A stretch of DNA of 64,000 bases, taken from positions 7,342 through 71,341 of the forward strand of contig CAIPDV010000099.1 in NCBI GenBank assembly GCA_903863935.1. The letters are read 5' to 3'. The notes under the pieces were generated by a model. The model did not search any database and had not been told where the DNA came from. It saw nothing but the letters and a program-made list of their open reading frames with translations. The DNA is from an uncultured Bacteroidota bacterium (GTDB lineage: Bacteria > Bacteroidota > Bacteroidia > JABEUT01). Shown here piece after piece: positions 27,184-37,400 of this stretch. The translations under genes and the position numbers were made by a program. Every line of letters starts with the position of its first letter. Position 1 is the first letter of the stretch.

Positions 27184-28806
27184 TTACCTTGGGCGACTTC
27201 CACCTCCATTATTTCTAGGTGCAGGGGCTGGTGCTGAGCGTTGCGGAGCTTGTTGCTGAGGGGCTTGCTGTTGACGCTGTTGCTGCTGTGGAGGAGGGGC
27301 TTGTTGTTGTCTGGATGGTTGAGTCTGTTCCCAATTATTGTTATGATACTGCTGTGCGGGTTGTATCTGATTATAATTATACTGAGGATTGTTAGTACTC
27401 GGCTGTGCTTGGTGCTGCTGCGGTTGAATCCTTTGTGACTGCGCACGTTGAGGGTTTACAGCAGGTTGAGGAGTAAATTGTTGCCTTACATCGGGCATAT
27501 TCTGTTCCTCTTGAATTTTTGGCTGGGTAGAAGCAGTACGTAAAGCAGGAAAACTGGAAGTGTTTTTAGCAAGATACTGGTCACGGGTTTGTGTGTTAAC
27601 ATGCCCTGTTTTGTCCAGCGCCTTTTCATTCAAAATACCTATTTGTTTTATAGCATCAGCTCGTTGCGTCTTTGAATTGCCTTTAATGAAATCAGCAGGT
27701 AAGTACTTGCGATTTTCGTGAACCCAATTATGAACCACTTGTCTGCTGAGTGTATTAGACCTATGAGGGCCATAATAATGGTGTATATACGCAGCACCTA
27801 AATGAGGATATCTGTGGCAATGGTATGGGTACCAGAAATACCAATTGATAAAGTAGTAGGAAGGGAAACCAAAAACAATAATTTGTCCGCCTGGGCCGTA
27901 ATAGAAACCCCAGTCGTACCAATATGGGTATGGGTACCAGTATGCATAAGGATACCAAGTTGGATATCCAAACCAATAAGAGTAAGGATACACGGAATAG
28001 TTATCGACCGAGTTTTCATCCACCGGAGCATCAACATCATTCGTTACATAGCCATTGCTGTCGGCATAATCATTAGCAGCCTGGCGAAGTTCATTTTGTG
28101 CAGCGGTATCTTGCTGAACGGTTTGTTTCCAATCATTCAGTTGTTCTGCATTAATTTTTGCCTGGGCAAGTGCATTGGAATCGCTTTTATGCATTACCCA
28201 GTCCGGGTCACGCCTGAAGTGGTCTCCAACACGTACGGTTAAACTTAAATGGTCATTCAATATATTCATTACTTCTGGCAGTTGAAGCAGGTTTGTAAAT
28301 GTTTTCTGAACATCCTCTGGGTATGAATTAATAATTTGCTGAAACTGTTGATTAGTTTGGATTTGAAGGGCATCTACTTTTAATAAAAGATCATATTCAT
28401 CAGTTCCATATTTAATGGCTATATCATGTATTTCAGAAGGATATGAGGAGAGGATGGTTTCCATATCTTCTTTTGATTTCTGCCCACCCTGAACAAGTCT
28501 GGAAATAAGGTTCGGATAACGGCTCAGATTCCAGATATCTTCCTGTTTTTTCTTTGGATACGAACCTAACATATCAGCAAAAACGGTACTGGAATTTTTC
28601 TGGAGACTGGCAACATTAACAATAATAGCAGGGTATTCACAGGCTTGAAAAATTTGAAGTTTAACAGAATCAGGGTATAATGCCAGGGCATTAATAGCAG
28701 CTGAATCTTCCCTAGTCCATGGAACGTGTGATGTTACTTGTTGTGAATAAGCACTGGAAATTACCATGCTTAACGCAAAAATGCTTGAATAAATGAGTGT
28801 TTTCAT
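27184..28806 (-). CDS. Secreted protein with a Tyr/Trp/Pro-rich low-complexity block and a C-terminal Gln/Pro-rich tail (DUF3300-like?)
   Basis: Signal peptide and ~280-aa helical N-terminal domain. A ~80-aa block YSVYPYSYWFGYPTWYPYAYWYPYPYWYDWGFYYGPGG…. A ~130-aa Q/P-rich tail encoded by imperfect CAG/CAA repeats. Confidence 0.6.
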   Translation of the reverse strand: MKTLIYSSIFALSMVISSAYSQQVTSHVPWTREDSAAINALALYPDSVKLQIFQACEYPAIIVNVASLQKNSSTVFADMLGSYPKKKQEDIWNLSRYPNLISRLVQGGQKSKEDMETILSSYPSEIHDIAIKYGTDEYDLLLKVDALQIQTNQQFQQIINSYPEDVQKTFTNLLQLPEVMNILNDHLSLTVRVGDHFRRDPDWVMHKSDSNALAQAKINAEQLNDWKQTVQQDTAAQNELRQAANDYADSNGYVTNDVDAPVDENSVDNYSVYPYSYWFGYPTWYPYAYWYPYPYWYDWGFYYGPGGQIIVFGFPSYYFINWYFWYPYHCHRYPHLGAAYIHHYYGPHRSNTLSRQVVHNWVHENRKYLPADFIKGNSKTQRADAIKQIGILNEKALDKTGHVNTQTRDQYLAKNTSSFPALRTASTQPKIQEEQNMPDVRQQFTPQPAVNPQRAQSQRIQPQQHQAQPSTNNPQYNYNQIQPAQQYHNNNWEQTQPSRQQQAPPPQQQQRQQQAPQQQAPQRSAPAPAPRNNGGGSRPR

Positions 28807-28991
28807 AAAAAGAGGAATTAGGTTTTTGATGCCATTATTAGATTAGACGATTATTCATTCTTTAACCTTTTGTTAAATAATGTTACATCAAATGCAAAGG
28901 TAAGTACCTATAAATGCTTCACTATGCAATTGGTCATTTTCTTTTCTGATAACAATCATTTGCTGAACAGATATTCTCGACAATAAATGAA

Positions 28992-30227
28992 TTAAAGCCC
29001 CTTAGGATAGCACAAAAAGTATTTGTGCGTAATCTTGTCCAATTCTTCGGCACCGGGATAATCGGAAGCTCGCGTTATATCAATAGTCTTACCATCCGGA
29101 TAGAGGATGTTTATCCTGCCGCTTCCACTTACTTTATCCGATTTATAAATGGCATTTTCAACTTCACCGGAAAACACAAAATAAGAAACCTCATAGGCAT
29201 TTAACTTGTATTTAGCCCGGGCACTTTTTATAAGTTGTTTTATTTTCTGCTCGCCGAATGGGTTCTTTTGCAGAAAGGTGTGGTAGAGCCTGCGATTGAT
29301 GAGCCAATTGCTTAAGGTTGCCAAAATAAAATCAGGGTGGCTAATCCATACTTTAATGCAACTCATAATATCATGGTCGTCAATCATTGCAAAAGCATGC
29401 AGAAGTTCTTCGTCTTTTTCGAAATCATTTTTGTTAAAACTCTTGTAAATAAAGATCCGTAGGGCGGGAGTGCAGAATAATTCACCTCCATCGGCCGCTA
29501 TCTCTTTAGCACGTTCAATAATTTTCACAATTAATTCCATGGCTGAAAGCACTGTCTTGTGCAGGTATACCTGCCAGTACATAATACGTCTGGCAATAAT
29601 GAATTTTTCTATCGAATAAATCCCCTTGGCTTCTACAACCAGGTTTCCACCTGCTACATTCAACATGTTAATTATACGGTCATACCCTACAACACCCTCC
29701 GAAACACCTGTAAAGAAAGTGTCACGGGTAAGATAATCTAATCTGTCAACATCCAATTGGCTTGATACAAGCTGGTGAAGGAATTTTTTTTTATACTTAT
29801 TCCTGAAAATACGCATAGCAAGGGATAATTCTCCATTAAACTCCATGTTCAGTTTTTCCATGAAAATGGAAGACATATCCTCATGGGTTATATGATGCAC
29901 AATACTATGCTCCAAATTATGTGACATGGGACCATGCCCGATATCATGCAATAATATAGCTAGTTTGGCACCCTCTTCTTCTTCTTCTGTAATCTCAACT
30001 CCCTTTGAACGCAACGTTTCAATGGCTTTATGCATCAGGTGCATGGCACCTAATGTATGATGAAAACGTGTGTGTATGGCGCCCGGATATACAAGATGGG
30101 TAACGCCAAGTTGTTCAATCCTTCGTAGCCGTTGGAACCAAGGATGTTCAATTAACCGGAAGATATTGCCTTCTGGAATTGTAATGAATCCATATATCGG
30201 GTCGTTGACTATTTTTTTCTTGAACAT
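28992..30227 (-). CDS. HD-domain phosphohydrolase (dGTPase-like family)
   Basis: HD motif region RFHHTLGAMHLMH…AILLHDIGHGPMSH. Located 3 bp downstream of gldC on the same strand. Confidence 0.8.
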   Translation of the reverse strand: MFKKKIVNDPIYGFITIPEGNIFRLIEHPWFQRLRRIEQLGVTHLVYPGAIHTRFHHTLGAMHLMHKAIETLRSKGVEITEEEEEGAKLAILLHDIGHGPMSHNLEHSIVHHITHEDMSSIFMEKLNMEFNGELSLAMRIFRNKYKKKFLHQLVSSQLDVDRLDYLTRDTFFTGVSEGVVGYDRIINMLNVAGGNLVVEAKGIYSIEKFIIARRIMYWQVYLHKTVLSAMELIVKIIERAKEIAADGGELFCTPALRIFIYKSFNKNDFEKDEELLHAFAMIDDHDIMSCIKVWISHPDFILATLSNWLINRRLYHTFLQKNPFGEQKIKQLIKSARAKYKLNAYEVSYFVFSGEVENAIYKSDKVSGSGRINILYPDGKTIDITRASDYPGAEELDKITHKYFLCYPKGL

Positions 30228-30230
30228 AGT

Positions 30231-30572
30231 TTAACTCTTACTCGGTTCTTTTAAAATCCCTGACTTCTTTGCGTACTCATGGCTATAATCATAAAGGGTT
30301 GCAGCAAGGGCTTCATCACCTGTCGCTCTTTTAAGGGTGTCGCTTTGATTTAATAGCATTTGATGAACGAACTGGCGCATTTCATCTACATTCATTTCTT
30401 TGGTCCAAAGGTTTAGGTGCAATGAGGTCTGGTCTTTACCATCCCACAGGGCAAGAAAGAAAGCCTTGCAGTCGCCGCTTTCGTTATTTTCGGAAGATGA
30501 CCAATGCATCTTAACCGGTAAATTATTTTCGTTTAATTCAACCGTAATGTTGATTTCCGATTTCTTTGTCAT
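30231..30572 (-). CDS. gldC: Gliding motility protein GldC
   Basis: 113-aa protein MTKKSEINITVELNENNLPVKMHWSSSENN…LNLWTKEMNVDEMRQFVHQ closely matches the Flavobacterium GldC pattern (SEI.FTVELDEN…W…LW.KDM.VDEM..F.HQ). Confidence 0.8.
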   Translation of the reverse strand: MTKKSEINITVELNENNLPVKMHWSSSENNESGDCKAFFLALWDGKDQTSLHLNLWTKEMNVDEMRQFVHQMLLNQSDTLKRATGDEALAATLYDYSHEYAKKSGILKEPSKS

Positions 30573-30738
30573 ACTTATTGAAATTAGAGGTAAGGATTAG
30601 GAGAGACGTAATTAATAATTGGCAAAATTATTATTAAATGCATACTCATTAACTCTGGCAAGAATTACATCTTATTAAAGTTATTAAAAGTTGTTAATAC
30701 TTGCCTATTGTTCTTTATTCCTTATTCTATTTTACCCA

Positions 30739-30746
30739 TATCTTTG
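30739..30746 (+). promoter_or_regulatory. Candidate Bacteroidota sigma-A -7 box (TAnnTTTG) upstream of the DUF1599 gene
   Basis: Exact TATCTTTG 22 nt upstream of the ATG at 30769. No well-spaced -33 TTG, so the call is weak. Confidence 0.3.
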
Positions 30747-30768
30747 GAATCCTATTTTAAGGTAAGGC

Positions 30769-31338
30769 ATGACAAAAACATTAAGGCAATACGATGCAGC
30801 TGTAAAATCGGCGAAGGATATATTCATGAAGAAGATGTATGACTATGGCACCGCATGGCGCATACTGCGTACTTCATCCATTACAGACCAAGTATTTATA
30901 AAGGCACAACGCATCCGAAGCATTGAGGAAAAAGGCACTCAAAAAGTGGGGGATGATATAAACGGAGACTTTATCGGGATATATAACTATGCTGTTATTG
31001 CACTTATTCAGTTGCACATGAAAGATGACCTGCGCACTGAGATTCCGGGTGATGAAGTTGAAAAGCTTTTCGACATGCAGGCAAATGAGGCCCGCACCCT
31101 GATGCAGGATAAGAACCACGATTATGGTGAAGCATGGCGAGAAATGCGGATTTCTTCACTAACTGATCTTATATTGATGAAGTTAATGCGCATCAAACAA
31201 ATTGAGGAACATAAAGGTCAAACGCTAATATCTGAAGGCATTGATGCCAACTATTATGATGTTATGAATTATGCTATATTTGCGTTAATACGTCTTACTG
31301 AACAGGTTAAACATACAAGCGAGAGTGAAAAGAGTTGA
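30769..31338 (+). CDS. DUF1599 domain protein (two tandem repeats)
   Basis: Internal duplication of an ~80-aa unit (DYGTAWRILRTSSITDQVFIKAQRIRSIEEKG / DYGEAWREMRISSLTDLILMKLMRIKQIEEHKG). Confidence 0.6.
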   Translation: MTKTLRQYDAAVKSAKDIFMKKMYDYGTAWRILRTSSITDQVFIKAQRIRSIEEKGTQKVGDDINGDFIGIYNYAVIALIQLHMKDDLRTEIPGDEVEKLFDMQANEARTLMQDKNHDYGEAWREMRISSLTDLILMKLMRIKQIEEHKGQTLISEGIDANYYDVMNYAIFALIRLTEQVKHTSESEKS

Positions 31339-32575
31339 TATATTGGATGCTTCCCTTATTTTTGGTTCCTTGTCAATTACACAAGTAATAATACTAGGAA
31401 TATTGGGTGTTCTTATTCTTGCAGGGCTAATTTGTCTTGCCATACCAACTAAAAAAAAGACAGCAATAACAATTTTCAGGGTTCTAGTAGGAGCTTTATT
31501 TATTTTTTCCGGTTTTGTGAAGGCTGATGACCCTTTGGGTTTCACATATAAGCTAAAAGAATACTTTGCCACGGATGCACTCAATTTTCCATCAATGGAT
31601 AAATTCAGTTTCTCCATTGCTTTTGTGGTTCCCATTATTGAAATGACTCTTGGATTCATGATATTGATAGGCACACGTAAAATGCTTACATTAACTCTTA
31701 TTGTTGCAATGATGCTGTTCTTTACTTTCCTTACGTGGTACACAGCGCATTATAACAAGGTACTGGAATGTGGCTGTTTTGGTGATGCAATTCCGATGAC
31801 CTCCTGGCAGTCGTTTTGGAAGAATGTTGTGTTAATGGCCTTTGTGATAATACTTCTTGCAGGTTATAAACATATAACATCTCCATTTACCATGAAATTT
31901 CAAAATATTTCTGTGTTGGTGTTTTTGGTCATGGCAACTTTCTTTTCCTGGTATTGCTACAATTATTTACCTGTAATTGATTTCAGGCCTTACAAAATCG
32001 GTACCAACATAAAAAAGGACATGCAAGGTACTCCGGATGTTGAGAAATTCTATTATTCTTTAAAAGATAAGAAGACTGGAATAACGAAAGAGTTTGATAA
32101 ATTCCCTGAAAATTACCAGGCTAATTATGATTACATAGGTAGCCGGACGGAAATTGTAAAAAAAGGAGTTGAACCTAAAATTAAAGATTTCAGTATTTCG
32201 TCGGCTTCAGGAAACGATGTAACGGATAGTATTCTGAGTGTTCCGGGTAACCACTTTATTTTGGTTTGTTTGTCAATTGATGAAGCAAACAAGGATGAAA
32301 AAGTTGTGAATAAAATTAATGCCCTTGCATCGGATTGTATGAAGAATCATTGTGGTTTTATTTGCATTACTGCTTCTGATGAAAATGCTGTTTCCGGTTA
32401 TAAGAAAAAGTTTAATCCGCCATATAATTTCTTTACCACTGATGGAACTGTTTTAAAAACAATGATACGCTCCAATCCCGGATTAATTCTTATTAATAGC
32501 GGAGTTGTAAAAGCAATGTGGCATTACCATTCAATTCCTTCCTATTCTGAGGTGGCGGAAACCTATTTTCATTAA
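31325..32575 (+). CDS. DoxX-like membrane protein fused to a C-terminal thioredoxin-fold (redoxin-like) domain
   Basis: Four TM helices with a DoxX-like N-terminus. C-terminal ~150 aa have a thioredoxin-like pattern (…HFILVCLSIDEANKDE…GFICITASDE…). The annotated start overlaps the upstream gene, so the true start may lie downstream. Confidence 0.55.
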   Translation: MKRVDILDASLIFGSLSITQVIILGILGVLILAGLICLAIPTKKKTAITIFRVLVGALFIFSGFVKADDPLGFTYKLKEYFATDALNFPSMDKFSFSIAFVVPIIEMTLGFMILIGTRKMLTLTLIVAMMLFFTFLTWYTAHYNKVLECGCFGDAIPMTSWQSFWKNVVLMAFVIILLAGYKHITSPFTMKFQNISVLVFLVMATFFSWYCYNYLPVIDFRPYKIGTNIKKDMQGTPDVEKFYYSLKDKKTGITKEFDKFPENYQANYDYIGSRTEIVKKGVEPKIKDFSISSASGNDVTDSILSVPGNHFILVCLSIDEANKDEKVVNKINALASDCMKNHCGFICITASDENAVSGYKKKFNPPYNFFTTDGTVLKTMIRSNPGLILINSGVVKAMWHYHSIPSYSEVAETYFH

Positions 32576-32577
32576 GC

Positions 32578-33657
32578 GTGATAAGGTTTGTTTTAAAACG
32601 GATAATGCATGGTTGCTTAGTATTGTTCGGTGTACTTATTCTTGTATTCTTGTTGTTTAACGTTTTACCGGGCGATCCTGCAAGGCTGATGATGGGGCAG
32701 AGGGTGAACCAAAAATCACTTGATATAATACATAAAGATATGGGCCTTGACGAACCCATCTATGTCCGTTTTTTTCTCTACCTGAATGATCTTTCTCCCG
32801 TTTCAATCTATAACCAGAATGTACCCCAAAGCCACATTTATTTGGACCCGGAAAAGTACAGTCATTCATTTCGGATTATAAGCTTTACTCAAAATCGAAC
32901 ACTAGTAATCAAGTTTCCATATTTAAGGCGGTCCTATCAATCAAGAAAAAAGGTTACTGCTATTATTTTTTCTGCTTTACCAAACACTGCTGTATTGGCA
33001 TTCACTGCCATTATTATCGCCTCCGTTTTAGGCATTATTATGGGTATTATTGCTGCGCTATTTAAAGATTCTATCTATGATAAAGTCTCAATAGTATTGT
33101 CGGTGCTTGGGTTGGCCGGACCTTCCTTTTTTACGGGTTTAATAATTGCTTGGTTATTTGGACATGTATTAAATCATTACACGGGTTTAAATATTACCGG
33201 CAATCTGTTTATTATTGATGAGGACGGGAATAGAGTTTTACAACTGCAAAATCTTATTCTTCCCGCCATAACACTAGGAATTCGACCATTGGCTATTATT
33301 GTACAGTTAACCCGTAATTCTATGTTGCAGGTAATGACTAAAGACTATATCCGTACTGCATTTGCTAAAGGGCTTTCATTGCGTAAGATAGTAACACGTC
33401 ATGCAATGAAAAATATGCTTAATCCAGTAATAACCGCTATTTCAGGCTGGTTTGCCAGTCTAATTGCCGGAGCCGTTTTTGTAGAATATATTTTTGGCTG
33501 GGAAGGAATTGGTAAAAATATTGTAGATGCTTTGAGCAGATTTGACTTGCCTGTAATAATGGGAGTTATACTTGTAACATCCGCTTTGTTTGTAATTATT
33601 AATATATTGGTGGATATTTCTTACGGATTATTAGATCCAAGGATAAAAAATGTCTGA
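32578..33657 (+). CDS. ABC transporter permease, OppB/DppB (binding-protein-dependent, peptide/nickel type)
   Basis: Six TM helices. N-terminal LPGDPARLMMGQ…GLDEPIYVRF motif and an EAA-like loop (TAFAKGLSLRKIVTRHAMKN). Confidence 0.75.
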   Translation: MIRFVLKRIMHGCLVLFGVLILVFLLFNVLPGDPARLMMGQRVNQKSLDIIHKDMGLDEPIYVRFFLYLNDLSPVSIYNQNVPQSHIYLDPEKYSHSFRIISFTQNRTLVIKFPYLRRSYQSRKKVTAIIFSALPNTAVLAFTAIIIASVLGIIMGIIAALFKDSIYDKVSIVLSVLGLAGPSFFTGLIIAWLFGHVLNHYTGLNITGNLFIIDEDGNRVLQLQNLILPAITLGIRPLAIIVQLTRNSMLQVMTKDYIRTAFAKGLSLRKIVTRHAMKNMLNPVITAISGWFASLIAGAVFVEYIFGWEGIGKNIVDALSRFDLPVIMGVILVTSALFVIINILVDISYGLLDPRIKNV

Positions 33658-33691
33658 ACTATGATTTTTTGATTTTAAATAAATAAAAAGT

Positions 33692-34462
33692 ATGCGAAAA
33701 AAAATTGTTGCCGGAAACTGGAAAATGAATAAGTTATATTCAGAAGCCGTAGAGTTGGTTGATGAAATAACTATTGCTTTAAAAGACGATACTAAATCAG
33801 ATGAGATAGTTAAAGTTTTAATACCTTCTTTTCCTTATTTGCGTAAGGTTGCGAGGCATTCACATGGTATACCCAATTTATTCACCGGGGCACAGAACTG
33901 CGCTTATGAAGAAGCCGGGGCTTATACGGGTGAAGTTTCGGCGGGTATGATAAAATCACTTGGGGGTACCTACGTAATCATTGGGCATTCAGAACGCAGA
34001 AGCTACTTTCATGAAACGAATGAAGAGTTGAAAAGGAAAGTAAATATAGTTCTTGGGCAATCACTCACTCCCATTTTTTGCATTGGAGAATCTCATGAAA
34101 AGCGTCATGCCAAGGAACATTTTGCAGTTGTGGAAAAACAAATTTCAGATAGTTTATTCCACTTAATTGCAGCTGATTTTAAAAAAGTAGTTTTGGCTTA
34201 TGAGCCTGTTTGGGCAATAGGTACCGGGCTTACTGCAACGAGCCAACAGGCGCAGGAAATGCATTTGTTCATCCGTACTTTAGTAGAAAAAAAATATGGT
34301 AAAGAAGTAGCCACTTCTCTATCAATTTTATATGGAGGAAGCTGTAACTCAAAAAATGCAACAGAACTGTTTGCCTGTCCCGATGTAGACGGAGGGCTTA
34401 TTGGTGGCGCATCACTTACAGCAAAAGATTTTGTAACTATTATACATTCATTCCCGTCTTGA
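33692..34462 (+). CDS. tpiA: Triosephosphate isomerase
   Basis: VAGNWKMN, IIGHSERR and AYEPVWAIGTG catalytic motifs. Confidence 0.9.
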   Translation: MRKKIVAGNWKMNKLYSEAVELVDEITIALKDDTKSDEIVKVLIPSFPYLRKVARHSHGIPNLFTGAQNCAYEEAGAYTGEVSAGMIKSLGGTYVIIGHSERRSYFHETNEELKRKVNIVLGQSLTPIFCIGESHEKRHAKEHFAVVEKQISDSLFHLIAADFKKVVLAYEPVWAIGTGLTATSQQAQEMHLFIRTLVEKKYGKEVATSLSILYGGSCNSKNATELFACPDVDGGLIGGASLTAKDFVTIIHSFPS

Positions 34463-37400
34463 TGTTTATGAAAAGATTAGCCGTTATATTTTTATTTATT
34501 CTGCCTTTTACAATCCATGTAAGCGCACAAGGTAGTAAGATCACCCAGTTTCAGCACGACTCCATAAAGTTTTTAGATGATTTGGAAGTATACCTGAATA
34601 CAGGCCTTGCAGATAAAAGCGGGGTTAAGGATTATATAAAGCAATTTGCACTTATATGGAAGTCGCCGGCTTATAATTCATATTACAAAAAGATTACTTA
34701 TCGTGTTGCCGATGAAATGCTGGAAAAGAAAATGCCTGTCTACCCAACATTTCAAAGTTTTTTAAATTCGATGCAGAACATAGCAAAATCGGAAATGCCA
34801 TTGGCTAAATTCGATGAGTGGTATACTTGTCTTGAAAAACAAATGAAGCAAAAACCTTTTAATAATCTAAATAATTTTTTATCCATTTGCGAAAACCTTT
34901 TTGGTTCAGGTGTAATGTTCAAATCACCAACTTTAAGCTGGAGTACAAATAATAAAGACTATGATTTCAACTGTGATAGTGTACAGGAAATTATTTTTCA
35001 TGGGTTGAATTTAAAATGTACCAATGAGCGAAACGATACCTTGGTAATATATGAAACTAAAGGAGTTTATTTTCCGCTGAAGGGAACCTGGCGGGGTGAA
35101 GGTGGCCGTACAGACTGGACTCGGACAGGTCTTGAAGCATCAGAAGTATATGCTTTTTTAAAAAAATACAACATTATTTTTAAAGAAGGCGGGTTTGCGT
35201 CCGATTCGGTCACCTTTTGGAATAAAACGTATTTCGACAAACCTTTGGAAGGAAGAATTATTGAAAGGAATGTTACAGAGCCAAAAGAGAAAGAAACTTA
35301 TCCACGTTTCAGTTCTTATGGTAAAAGGTTGACTATACCAAACCTTACTGCAGATGTAACTTATAATGGCGGATTTTCAATGCGGGGCAGAAGGTTTGTT
35401 GGATCAGGAACTAAAGAGGAACCTGCCCAGTTGATATTTATGAGAAATAAGAAGCCTTTTCTGACTACTTCATCACTCTATTATGGAATTACAAAAGATA
35501 ATATCATGACGGATGATGCACGTATTAATTTCACATTAGACGGTGATTCGATTTTCCACCCGGACATTCAAATGATATATAATATAAAGAAGAAGCATGT
35601 TTCACTTATTCGTTCAAATCAGGGCCTTTCCCAAGCTCCATTCTTTGATACTTATCATAAAGTGAATATGTTTTTTGAGGAGCTTTCATGGTATACAGAA
35701 GAGCCAAAAATTGAATTCAGGATGATGGAGGGTAACACACAAACAGTTGCCGATTTTGAATCGCAAAACTTCTTTCGTCCAGATTTGTATGAACAATTAC
35801 GCGACCCATCCGGATTAAGCCCTCTTGTGGAAATATCCAAGTATTGCAAATCGATAAATTCACGTGACCTGTTAATGGATGACTTGGCCTCATTTATGCA
35901 TATCACCTCTGACGAACTCAGGCCAATTATTTTTAGGCTTGCAACAATTGGATTAGTGAATCTGGATGTTCAGACCGACAAAATTCATGTTGAGGATAAA
36001 CTCTTTACTTTTATACAAAACCGTTCCGGTAAAGCGGATTATGATGTAGTAGACTATCACTCGGAAGACCCTGCCAAATTTGCTACAAATGATACAACTG
36101 CCAAGGACAATGGTGTAATGGATTTGGGTAATTTTGATATTAGCCTGAACGGCATACGTAAGGTTATTTTGAGTGATTCCCAAAGTGTGATATTCTTCCC
36201 GGATAAAAGGCATATGGTACTTCATCGTAACAGGGAAGCTACTTTTGCCGGTGTTGTTCAGGCAGGAAGGTTTGCATTCTTCGGAAAACAATTTGATTTT
36301 GATTATGAGAATTTCAAAATTAAAATGAAAAATGTCGATTCACTCAGGCTGTATGCGAATTCATATACCAAAGATTCTGGCGGAAAATATCCAATTGTTC
36401 CTGTTAAAAGTTTGGTTAGGCACCTTAGCGGAGAATTGATGATTGATAAAACCACGAATAAATCCGGTATTAAGCAACTGAAACAATATCCGATTTTAAT
36501 TAGCGATACGAATACTTTCGTTTATTATGATACCAAAGATATTCAGCACGGAGTGTATAAACGAGATGCTTTCTATTTTAAAGCAGACCCATTTACAATT
36601 GATAGTTTGGCTAGTTTTTCAAATTCCAGGCTACATTTCGACGGAACATTTGCCTCGGCTGATATAGTTCCTGAAATGCGTGAAACTTTAAAGCTTCAAC
36701 CGGACTATTCATTGGGTTTTGTGCATGATGCTCCTATCGATGGTATGGACCTCTACAAAGGAAAAGGTAAGCTATTTAACAAGCTTAAGTTAAGTAACCA
36801 GGGTTTAATTGGAGATGGTACATTTAAGTATGTAACATCTGTTTCCACTTCGCCTAAGTTCATTTTCTTCCCGGATTCAATGGATGCCCGAGCTGAAACA
36901 TTTAATGTTACAGAGCAAAAAATGAAACCTGAATTTCCGGAAGCAAGTGGCGATACGGTGTATGAACATTGGATGCCAAAGCAAAATCAACTTTTTGTAA
37001 AGGATCTTGTTCACCCTTTTACTTGTTATAATAAGTTTGCTACTTTTCATGGAACATTTACCGTTGCACCTGAACTACTTTCCGGTAACGGAGAAATGGA
37101 TTTCTTAAAAGCATTTGTTACCTCGAACGAGTTTAAATTCCTTCAGCATAGGGTTACGGCAGATACTGCAAGTTTCAATCTTAAATCAAATGATCTTTCC
37201 GGTATCGCATTTGGCACATCCAATATGAAAACGGATATTGATTTCGAAACCAGAATAGGAGAGTTCACAACCAATGGAAGTGGATCAGTGGTTAAGTTTC
37301 CGGAAAATCAGTACATAGCTTATATGGATGAATTCAAGTGGTATATCGATCAAGATGATATAGAGCTTGGAACCAAGGAGAAACAAAAGGAAACTACCAA

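Noticed and set aside
27230-27480. Poly-Gln coding tract as a sign of eukaryotic contamination
   Set aside because: The gene has a bacterial signal peptide, bacterial-type neighbours on both sides and the same codon and GC character as the rest of the window.
27241-28242. ORFs 27241..27438, 27761..27976, 27798..28040 and 27802..28242 inside the low-complexity gene
   Set aside because: They are artefacts of the trinucleotide-biased sequence encoding the Q/P-rich and aromatic-rich regions of the 540-aa secreted protein (poly-Leu/Trp translations).
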